Source of the DNA: Hydrolagus colliei
Lineage: Eukaryota
DNA length: 64,000 bases
Direction of reading: 5' to 3'
Assembly (NCBI GenBank): GCA_035084275.1
Contig: CM068750.1
Coordinates: forward strand, 3,038,001 to 3,102,000
Shown here in pieces: positions 19,890 through 31,700 of this stretch (the first letter of the stretch is position 1; each line of letters begins with the position of its first letter). The notes under the pieces are model-generated. The model was not told where the DNA came from, made no database searches, and saw only the letters and a program-made list of their open reading frames with translations. The position numbers and the translations under genes were made by a program.

Positions 19890-20660
19890 GGGGAGTACGT
19901 CAGTTCCGGCCGGGGCCTCAGATCAAACAAATGAGCCGTTGGGTTAACAGTTAAAAAAACACAAAGACTTTGTTGAGAGGATTTTTTCGAAAAAAAACAA
20001 ACCCCATACTCTCCTGCGTGTTTTTAAACAACACCGCTGCGCATAATTTGTTTTTTTTTCTATTTTCCACCTCCTCCCTCTCCAGAGTATTTTCGATCCC
20101 TTCAACGATCTCCAGAAACCTTGGCCTTTTGGGAACTGTAGTTTTTCGCGCTCGTCGAGTCCGAAGTGGTTTGCCGTGACAACCCGGCGCAAGGGAACCA
20201 CACTTCCCGGCGTGCCTTGCGACGGACATGGCGGACGGCTCAAAACACCGCCGCACGTCCAGTCCCAAGTGGTTGCCGTGGCAACCCGCCGCCAAAGGGA
20301 ACTGCACTTCCCGGCGTGCCCTTTGGCGATAGCAGCGGTTGAGTTTAAAGCTGGTCTATAACCAAGCAACCCCAAACTAACTCCCCGCGGTTTTAACATC
20401 CGGGTCGCAGATTGAGCCTCTCTTCACCATGGAAGCGTTTCTGTGTTGAGCTGCGCGGGGGGGGGGGGGGGTTGGTTTGTTCACGTGACCCGTGTGCATA
20501 GTTACGGCCATTTTGATGCGAGTTTTTTTTCTCTATTAGTCTGACGGGGCGGATGCGTTTGTTGCGGTGAGGAGAGAGTGAGGTTGGGGAGGGCGGGGGG
20601 CGTGGAGGATTGCTCGCCACAGAAGTGAGTGAGTGAGTGAGTGAGTGGAGAGTGAGTGAG
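19890..20660. promoter_or_regulatory. CpG-rich bidirectional promoter shared by KLHL28 and TOGARAM1
   Basis: Head-to-head genes. ZNF143/SBS-type ACTACAnnTCCC motifs at 20130-20142(-), 20197-20220 and 20301-20321. RFX X-boxes at 20170-20183 and 20272-20285. YY1-like CATGGCGG near 20227. E-box TCACGTGAC at 20481-20489. Confidence 0.85.
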
Positions 20661-20944
20661 TAGTTGTGGACGCGGTTGGGGAGTTTTTTTTTCGTGGCTA
20701 AAGATCAGAAAGTAGGGAAAGAGAAGAAGAAGAAAAAAAATAAGAAAGTTGGGAGGGAAGATTTGTTGTTGTTGGGGGTGGGGAAAGAACGGCGAGACGA
20801 GATCAGGAGGAGGCCATTCAGCCCCCAGAGCCTGTGCCGAAACCTAATGGTTTGATGAGGTCCTCCCAGTGGACGGGATGAAGTCCTGGAGACAGCCGTG
20901 TCGTCTGGCGCACCGCCGGCCGCCGCCGCCTCCCGAGGGCTTTC

Positions 20945-23900
20945 ATGGCAGGTTCGGTTGCCAGACTCATCCCGTCGGCGTTTAAGCGCCAACAGGTCAG
21001 CTACACCGCGGGCGGCGGCCAGCACCGTGACTCCCGCGGCAACGTGGCTCCTTGGGATACCTTAATATCAAGAGGGAGCAACGGCAGCCGGTCCCCGACA
21101 CTGTCCCTGTCCCTGTCAGGCCTCCTGGGCTCCTCCTTCTCGTTGGCGATGGACGAAGATGCTCTCCTTCGGCAACTCGGCGCCCAGAGCTCGAGCAGAC
21201 GCGCCGAAGCGCTCAAAACTCTCCGTGCCAACATCCAGCAAAACGCTGGAAGGCTGGTCTTCGGCGACAAGAAAGCCCTGTTTTCCACACTGAACGAGGT
21301 GCTGGTCGACGCTCGAAAGGATGTCAAGATCTCGTGTATTCAACTTGTGTCTGAAATCGTTCAAGGCTCTGACTGGGACCTGGATCATTGTAGGGCTACT
21401 GTGCTTCCCAAGTTGATCTGGTGCCTACGCGATGACCACCCAACCGTGCGAAAAGAACTTGTGCAAACTCTGCACGTTTATTTAAAATGCACTAAAATCA
21501 CCAAGGACGTCTTCTCCGCTTTGATAGACCACGGTCTTGAAAACTACGATCCTAGTGTGAGGAGAGCAACTACAGTCATTTTTCCCATCTTGCTCACCAA
21601 GGAATTCAACAGCGAAAGTTTATTTCCTGTAACCCTTTGCTTAGCTAAAAAGCTAAACGGTGGCAGTATGGATGATCCGTTCACAGCATTTGCAACTATG
21701 GGAAGTATAAAACGCCATGTGGGAGATCAGGAATTCAATTCCTACTTGAAACGTTTGCCACCGACTCTTAGAAGAGATTATAACAAATTAACAGAAATAC
21801 AATTTGAGCCACATACCAATTTAAATGGACGGGAAATAGAGCAAGAAATAGAGCCTATTAGGAACTTGAAGACAAGTTTAAGGTTTCGGCGAGGGTCTGT
21901 TGGGAGTGTCAAGGATGTTCCACTTTCCAGGGAGCTTTCCAAAGACCTTAGTAACTTGGAATTTGGAATAGTTCCTCAAGAACTATATGTTAGGCTCCTA
22001 GACCGTGATGATTATAAGACCAGGGCCCACGGTGTTGAAGAACTAAAGAATGTCGTCAGTGACCTAAATTTTAATTCTTTATCTTTTCCAGCTATTTTAA
22101 GTTTTATTGGCTTTTTATCTAATTTACTTGACGACTCAAATTTTAAAGTTGTACATGGTACTTTGGAAATAATCAACTTACTCGTAGTTAAGCTCAATCA
22201 TGATGTGGCAAATTATGTCAAGCCCATTACATCCACAACAATAAAAGTATTAGGTGACAATAAAGCTGTCACTAAACAGGAATACATGAAAGTTTTTATG
22301 GGTTTAATGAAACAGGTTGGTCCTCAAAGAGTACTTGACATGCTGCTTGATAACATAAAGCATAAAAATTCCAGAGTAAGAGAAGAAGTGTTAAACATTG
22401 TTATCGCATCACTTTTGACCCACCCGAGTGAAGATTTTGATTTACCTACCCTTTGTCGCACTGTTGCACCTACATTGACTGACTCCAAGCGAAAGATCCG
22501 CCATGCAGCATTAGAGGCTTTTGCTGTGTTGGCTTCATCCATTGGTACCAACCGAACATTTTTGGTTAAGGCAGTGGACGCAGTCGAGATGCAGGAAGAT
22601 GGGGATGGCCTGATGGCTGCAGTGCAAGCTAGATTAGCGAGAAGAACTCTACCAAAGTTGACTGCCCAAGGCCTTGTGGAATATGCAATACAAATGCCAA
22701 CTTCTGCTCATGGCAGAGGAGTGCAGATTCCCCTGGGATCAGATACTGAATGGCTGCTGGCAACTGGAAGAACTCAAAGTGCACACGGTGATCAGGAGAC
22801 TGACTTTTGGAACTACGGATCACCGAGCCCCATTAGTGATGAATGTATCTCCTCCAGAAGAGTGTTGAGTGCAGGCAGAGGAAAGAACAAATTACCATGG
22901 GAAAATGCAAATTCAATTACCAGGGGATCTATTCAGCAAACTAGGTTGCCTAACACAGCTCCCATGGAACAGGTAAGTCTTAAATTAGATCACAGAATTA
23001 AAATATATGGGTTTGATGTTAACAAAATAATTTAGTATTCATATCAATCACAATGGAATTGCTTTTTGCAGTGAAATTACCGGATGGAAACAGGCTATTT
23101 AGTCCAAATAATTTGTGCCAGGCGTTATAGAGGTTCTCCTAAGCCTTATCAAATTGATTAAGTCAATATAAGAAATTCTCAATTTCATTGCTCCTTCAGC
23201 ATATTAAGGCAAATCATCGATAAACTGCAGGTGGAACCTGTCCTGTATGGGCTTAGCTACTTACTGAATAAATGCACTGTGCTAATGGGCTATCAGGTTA
23301 ATCTCTTGAATATTATTTATATTTAGAAATGTATATTGCAGATGTACTATACAATATCAGACAAGGACTGTGTTGCTTTAAAATCAAGTGAGAGCTATTA
23401 ATATACGTAATCAGGCTGATTCCAAAACAACAATAAAATTAGATTTGTATAGCGCCTGTCAAGTAAAGCAAATTTTTTAATTAAGTGAAGTTATTGTCTT
23501 CATGCACCATGAATGACCTAATTGGGCAGCAGTTGGTTCAATAAAATGGACCTGGGGTCGGGATGGTAAGCTTTGTCTTATCAATTTGGGGGTAAGAACA
23601 AGAGTTTGGTCTGCTATACTATTTTCCCCTTCATGAACAAATAGCGTAATAACATTGTTGAGCATCTCAACACTCCCTGTTGAGAATTTTAATTGAACAG
23701 TGGCCTTTCAGGTGCTTGTCTGTGGAACTGTACCAGCATCAGTCCTTGCCTTCAGTGGAGAAGATAACAAGAGTAAATTGAGGGAAAAAATTAATGTTGT
23801 CATTTTTTTTCCTTTGAAGGTTCAACCTTACAATGATGAGCAACAATCTCCAAAACTAAAGACCACTCAATTGATGCAAGCTGCCGATGATGTATTTTTT

Positions 23901-25704
23901 ACCAGAAAATCTAATGTCCGCAGTGCAAAACTTAATGAAGGCTTGGATTTGAATCTTGAGAGTACCTTAGGCGGTCTGAGAAAATCTGGTAAGATGTTAT
24001 TCAAAACTGTCATAATGTCACTTTAAATAGCATTCTTCCTTTTCTATCTATATATTCTATTCAATGAGTGTGTATAAAAGGAAACTTGGGACAAACATGT
24101 TTTCTGACTTCACGTCCTATGAACTTGCATTACATAGTCTCTAAACAGAATCAAAGTCATCTGTATTTATTGCATTTTTATTAGAGATCAGAAAACGTCT
24201 GGAACCAGGGAAGAAGTGATTTTTTATTCACATGTGATGCCTTCTTTTCTGGGGGTAGAACTAACTTTTGACATTATTGTTGATCATTGTTAGACACTCA
24301 CCTGAAAGGATCAGATTAGATCATTTGTAGTTTCTCAGTATGCAGAGAGTGTACTTGAACAATGCCAAAACAAGCCAGAAAGCACTTGCTCCCAACAGGG
24401 AAACTTGGGAAAGTTGGGAAAATAAAGGAGGTAGAGGTTACAGCTTTGAACTTACAGTTGAAGATGACTTAACTCTTCTTTAGGTACTCCATGAATTGTT
24501 TGGAAGATTAATTTATACATATTCAGGTTAGCGCTGGGGAAATGCCTTTTTACATTAGCATCCTGAGAGTGTTGAGACTTTTCATTGAGATGCTATTTTC
24601 GGACCCATTGTTGTCTGCAAACATCTAAAAATAGCAAAATGTTGCATAAATTTGTCTTCCTGGAGGAAAAGTGTGTTTTCATCCTATTTTCAAGATTCTT
24701 TATAAGACTGAGATGATGTGTTATTGGTATTCAAGATATTGATTCTTTAGCCTAAGGGGTTTTCACAGTTCTATCTGCCAAGTTGCTGGAAAGCTGATTA
24801 TGTGTCCTCAGTCATCAGAATGCAATGCTTTATTAGTGCAAGGCGTACCGCTTGTACCGATAAATATGGCCTTCAGGAATCCTTACAAAAGAAATTGCAC
24901 ATTTCCAGTGCCAAGTAGAAATGTTTTGCATTTGAAAAGTCATATTACTGTACATGGGATTTGAGTGATCTTGTAAAAGTCAAAATTAGATTAAACCAAT
25001 ATTGGTTTCTGGTTCTGTTAAGTGTATCTCCATCAAATTGTTATTGGGGCATTGGTTACGCTGTCCTAGGACAGTATTGTCATAGGATGTCTTTGTCACT
25101 GATGCCTTTACAATTGAATGAAGACGAACACTTGGTTTCGAAAAACTTTCGACTAACCAACACCCTGAAGACATTTTGGCTCTCTTCGATACGGGCATGT
25201 ACTCGTGCGTGAATTTACGTTTCACCGTGGATATGGTAGGTTTCAATAGCCATTAGTCTGTGGTTACAAGGCAATGAATGACATCAGAACAAATAGTTCT
25301 GGTGACAAGATACAATTTAATCTATTATTTAAGAGGGCTCTGTATTAATTGATCAACGCTAGAGAAACTATGGGTCTCTGAGGGTGCTCCAAATGGGTCT
25401 AAATGGTTGTGGACTGCAATGAACAAATCAATGATCTTTTCCTTCTCGCTCTCTAAGTTATTTTGCATTATTCAAGAGATGGGCAGACTGTGGGCTATAT
25501 TTGTGCGTAAAGCCTCATAATAACAACAGCTACAAATTATATTTGTATAACGCCTTTTACATCAGGAGGATGGCCCAAGCCCCTGATATACCTCACTCTA
25601 GTTTAAAAATACTATATAGCTCTGGAGTGGAATTATACTGGATCTATAATTTCTGTGATTTGCTCCAAGTTACCAGGCAGGGAAAAAAATATTTTTGTCA
25701 TTTA

Positions 25705-25740
<36 letters not shown>

Positions 25741-28700
25741 ATATATATATATATAAAATTAAAGTTACTGTAGACCAGTAGCTCTTCATTTAAGTAGATA
25801 TTGCTCCCATTGACCTGGACTTTATTTTTGTAACCGGGTTGGTCTCTGGCAGAGAAATGTGGGCAGCATAATAAATCACTGTGATAGGAAACATAGAAAG
25901 TTGTTTTGTTAAATGACAAAATTTGGAGTAGTATTAAAATGTGTACAGTATTAAACATTTCTTTAAACTGTAGTTTTTTAAAAATAAATATTATATTATT
26001 AATATTAGAATATATGAAAACTCAACAGTGTAAATCTTTCTGATATTACTTTGTTTAAGATTGTTGAATCAGCTTTCCATGCAGCCAACATTTGTTGTAC
26101 CCTGAGTGTATTGGTTGGTGTTCTATCACTCAACAGATTAAAACGTTTTAAAATGGATTAAAGAAACAGGAAAGGTGACTTAGAAATATTGTGGTACAAA
26201 AGTCTGAACAGTTGAATCAATTCTCCAAGTATTCTTCTCTTGAATTTGTTTTGTGGAATGATAGCAGTAAATTAAAAGGCAGCAAGGAAGTCCGGAATGA
26301 CTGCTATGGGAACAGATTGTTTGACAAAGGAACCTGTGATTATTGCTAAGGAAACCTTTTTCTTACCACTGATCTTCTCTAAAGTACGAATCAATTAAAT
26401 CGAATTTGAAATCAGAGGTGAAATTAATATGACTGTTTCTTTACTGTGATGAAAAGTGAACTACAGTACATATTGTGGAGCTTAGTAGTTAGAGTACTCA
26501 CCTTACAAGTGTGAGACTTGTGTTCGAATCCAGGCAGATCAGAGCGAAATCTTCGGCAAGTTTCCTTACTCCACACGCCCAATAATACTCCCTCAAAAAA
26601 AAACCACGATAATAAAATTGGTCATTTCAATCCATGACTGTTTGTGGGACACTGCTGTGCGCAATTGGCTGCCGCATTTCGCCCACAAATTTTACAGTCA
26701 ATTCACTTTACAGTATATTCTGTGAAGCACTTTGAGACATTGATAAGATGTGAAAAGCGCTATATCAAATGCAAGGATTATTATTATTATTGTATTTTAT
26801 TACATTGAAGTTCGTAACAATGTGTTTGAAGGATTTTATTTTATGTTCAGCTTTTAGCAAATTAAATATTTTGAATATTTTGACTAATAATAATAGTATT
26901 TGATATATTTGATACTTGTATTTGATATAGCGCTTTTCATGCCTCCTAGACATCTCAAAGCGCTTCACAGAATATACTGTAAAGTGAATTGATTGTATAT
27001 ATGTGAGCAAAATGCAGTAGCCAATTGCACACAGCAGTGTCCCACAAACCGTCGTGGATTGAAATGACCAATTTTTTTTTTTGACGGATTATTATTAGGC
27101 TTGTGGAGTAAGGAAATTTGCCCAAGGTTTTGCCCTGCCTGGAATTGAACCCAGGATTCCAGCCTAGGTTTTTAAGGAAAAGGAAAATATTTAAAAGGTA
27201 TAGAGGAGATGGATTTCCATTCTTCACATTTCCTTTGATTGATTTGGTTGATTTGGAGTGAATATCTGTTTATTTTCTGTAAATATACATAAAGCATCAT
27301 AGCATTGCTCTGAAATGCCTGGAATGTGAAATGTCAAACCAATTAAAGCTACAAGTGGTTCTAAAACTATTATTTACATATGTAAAACTTATTTTCTTCT
27401 GCGAGACATTTGTTACTTAACTATGTTCATGGTGATAGAGGTTACTAATTGTACAAGTTAACAACCACAACATGAATGTTCTGGGCAAGACCAGACTTGA
27501 TTTGGTTGCATTTAGGTGAGTTATTGTTCCACGTATGGAATCAACTATGTGATTTGTTGCTTTACGTAAGGATTTAATCCTGTGATTACATAGATAATGT
27601 GTTATTGTTGAGCATTATTAAACTTCACCTCAGATATTTCTATACTAAAGCATTTGAAATGTGTTGTTCTACTCTAATCTCATGCTCATGACCATGGGAT
27701 GTTGCATAGTGCTTACTGAGTGGCATTTCAGTAGAAGAAAACTAATGGTTAAGAAAACTAGTGAGTTTGGAATACTTGCTTACATTCATAGTTGAATGCC
27801 TCAACTATGGTTCCATAGTTCCGGAAATAACTTCTTTTTTTTAAACTTTGTACCAGGTTTTGGAGAATCTTCTCAACCTCGTGCTTTAGGCAAGAGGGGA
27901 GTTTTAGGTTACTCCAGAATGTTACACGCACAGAGCACCAGTGTGGACTCTGATCTGCAGTATTTCGGAATTGGAAATCATTTGCCACAAGACAAAGGTA
28001 CCATTTATTTACATTCTTGCTAACCTGTATCACTATGTTAACTACATAATATTTGAATCTTATAGGAAATCAGTAATCAGACTTCATGAGTCACAGCAGT
28101 CAAGCATTATTGCCTTTTGAGCTTGCTCCTGAGAATGGAGCTGCGTAGAACACAATTATTTATTTCCACTGGAGGAATTAATCTAACATACAGCAAGGAA
28201 TAGTGGTGTCACACAATTAAATGCCTAGGTTTCAGAAATGCAAATTTGCCTTTTTTTTTGACTGATAATTAGAACATTATCATTAGAAGATGTTAAGCCC
28301 TTTTTACATTCAAAACATGTCTTCTAGTTTTGGTTACTACGGAAAAGATTAAATGTGAACTTGTACTACTATGTTAAGTAATTTACACAACTGGTAATTT
28401 GATATGGTAAAACCTCGATAATTCTGAAACTGGACAACTCCCTAAAACCGGCAAGATTTCAAAATACATACAGCGTTAGATTTTTTTCCAATGTCCGGCA
28501 TATCTCGAAGTTTGGAACAGTTTCTTGTAGTTCATGGCGTTGCCACTCTGACATCCAGCGCTGTGGTTGGAGCTCGGCTTCAGTGCTGTGTTTACACTTG
28601 GGGAATTTCCCCAGCCATTTCTAGGTAGGTTTCTACATACTGGCAAATTGTATTTATTTGTACTGTTTTCTATGTGTATGTAGTAAGGGAGTTGTGTATC

Positions 28701-31700
28701 AAAACTATTTCAACCTGACAGAAATATATAATTCTGCTTCAATTCTGCTTGTGGCGCCTCTCTCACTCGAGCATTAGACTGATGTTCTTTGATGTTTCTT
28801 TCACATATGTTAGACATTTCTTCTGATTTACATTTGATAATTGTGTTTTTAAAATAAAGCTTTTTTATTTTCTAAATATTATAGGTGAATTATTTTCAAA
28901 AATAAAACACATAATATCTGAAACACTCACTACAACTGTTGAATGTGTATTATAATTTCAGAGATCCAATGGTGCCCAAGAACCTCACTATTTCCCATAT
29001 TTTACGTTATTCTCAGCTAGCACCAGCCCAGTACACACCTCTATAACTGGAGGATACTTAAAGAAAATCCATGAACCGAGCTTTCATGAACTGAGTCTTA
29101 CCCTTTCTAATTCTTGGCCTAACAAACAATTTGAAGGGCTTCATAATCCTAGCCCTCAGAGGAAATTGATCAATCATTTGTCTGAGGAATTGCCTATTTT
29201 AGGTGAGTCAGCTGAGTCCATTTCAAATGTCATTTTGAATGTTAACTACTTGTACAGTTTGTCAATGGTTTATTTATTTTTTCCATTTTAATGAGTGCAG
29301 GCATTCATTTCCAGAAACATTTTGGAAACGGTGGATAATAAAAATATAATAGTGACAACCGCAATATAATTTTTTGTTAGGCAGACAGTCATAAATCATG
29401 GTTAATGAAAATTGTAGTCCTCCTATCCCAATCATGTGAATAAGGAGATTTTCATCAACCTTGATGTTGACAGACTATGTTGTGGAGCAGGCATCCAAGG
29501 CAAGACCGTTCCTTTATTTGTTGAACATACCAACAATGTGGGTTATTGAGTACAGTAGTAAGAACTGTGGCAGATTTTTTTTTCGGTGGGTGTGGGTGAT
29601 CAAAAAATCTGAATTTTTAGTCCTTTTATTGCCTCTTATTGAGATTAAACAAGGATCAAACAAAGGATGTTCTTATTTTGGATGGATCCATTCTTCAGTT
29701 TATCTGCCATTACCACTTGGGGACCCATGAAATAACTTTTTTATTTTTGTGCTACCCAGATTTTATAAATACCAAACTAAAACAAATTGAGTTCGCTTTA
29801 GTTAAGTATATAATCCACCATGCACGTTATTTAAGTATACTTAAAAGACCTATGTTTACACAGGGGACAGTTTGCACGAGACTCGTTCTCCCATACCTCT
29901 TAAACCCACATTGGTAAAATCGATCTCCTCTCGAAGAGGCCTCATCCCTACAAAGCCTGTACCTCCCATTCCTAGATGCACAAGTCCAATGGTTGAAGCG
30001 GAAATAGCAGTATTTGGTAACAAGAAGGGAACAAGCAAACCAGATTCAGAGCAGCTATGGGAGGATGATGGAGGAAAGAAGATAGAAGATAATCTCAAAT
30101 TAGACCTTTCTTCCTTAGACAAGGAGGATGAAACCGATCATGAAGAGGTGGGTGTGTATATATTTCACACAGTGTTTGTTCAATTACTTTGTAAGTATAA
30201 AATGTGTGTCTGGGAGCAAATGGTTCTCTTCAACTAATTGATTTTCTGCTGAAATTTGCTGCACCTCCAAACTGGTAAAATCTTTGTTACATAAACCAAT
30301 ATTCATGCTTGGCTATTTCTTGCAGATGATGATTTCACTGAAGTCTTTGAGAAATAGTGCTGCAAAGAAGAGAGCTAAATTAAGCAGCCGAGCTTCTGAT
30401 ATCGAAAGCCCAGACTCTGACCTTAAACTTGAGCTGGGCGTGGATTCCACCTCACGCACTTCATCGCCTTACACGAGCACTTACATTGAGAGTGGTGTTT
30501 ACAGCCAAGAGTCACTGATGACTCCTTTACCTTGTGACAAAAAGATAATGTGAGTTTTAAAATACTAAGATTGCCAACTTATTGTACCTTGCATAACCAG
30601 TAACGTGAACGATAGACGTAGAATATAAAGCAATGGCAGTTTATAATTAGATATTCATCGATTTCCTTCAAGGGTGAGCACTTGCTAGAACTACTAATTG
30701 ATGTTAACTAGAGACTGACTTAGACCAAAGAATTACCGTTAATCCAAAAGAATCTACACCATCAAACACACTCTTTACTCATTAGTTTTCATGAAAGTCA
30801 ACATCATAATGTTTCCTGGCCAGTCCACTTTGAAAATCAATGGTAATTGCACTGCCTCTCAGAGCAAGTATGGTTTAGCACTTGATGGTTGACGTATTTT
30901 TATCTGATTTACTGATGGTTAATTAAACTATTCAGCTATGACGTGTTTACCCATGAACTAGATTTGTGCTAGGAATATATCTTTGCCCGTATGGCAGTAG
31001 CCTATAATAAGTATTTGCATTGTTCCAAACCTAACACCTGTCCAAATAACATTTTGATTCTTTTATTATTCCATCAATAGGTCTGATAGTTCTTCTCTAT
31101 CAGGATCCAAACAGCGTCTTGGGGGAGTGCTGTCAGGAAAAGCCAGACAATCAGCTTCAGTGGAAAACAACTCTGTTTCAGGTACAAGTTTCCTTCTTTT
31201 TTCTTATTTGCTTATTAAATAGGCAAGTTAGGCAGGTTATGCAACTCGAGCTTACAGATTTACAGCATCACAGCATGCCTTGTTACTCAGTGCTGCAAAC
31301 TCGCGTGCTTAAACCTCACAGTTGGCTGACTTGGGGGAAAATAACATGTGATCAGTTCCATAAATCTTATCTTTGAAAACTTATGCATGCGTATAAGATA
31401 TCCTCTGGTTTTAATACAAGTCCAAGAAGAAGTATTCCACTGAAACCTTGTACTTCTAGCAGCACTTTGGCGCCTCGCCTTACCCTGCCATAGAGTGCTA
31501 GGTCCTGTGAGTGTTTGTTTCCTCAGTTCTCCATATGGCAGGTTACTGATGTGGGCCGTGAGTAACAGGAGGTGGCAGAAGCCAGGCAGTTCCTTCCAGC
31601 AGAGAGTTGAAGGTGTAAGCTGCTGTACCACAAAATGCCAAGCGATTAGCTCATGTAGCATTGGCAATAGATTAGAACAAGGTTATGGCAAGGTCATGGA

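Noticed and set aside
16600-22868. Antisense and alternate-frame ORFs overlapping the large KLHL28 and TOGARAM1 exons
   Set aside because: Expected shadows of real coding sequence, with no independent signals.
26476-26545. tRNA-like A and B boxes (also near 102, 5477, 48533, 53202, 56298)
   Set aside because: These are SINE heads followed by the SINE body or truncated; no complete cloverleaf.
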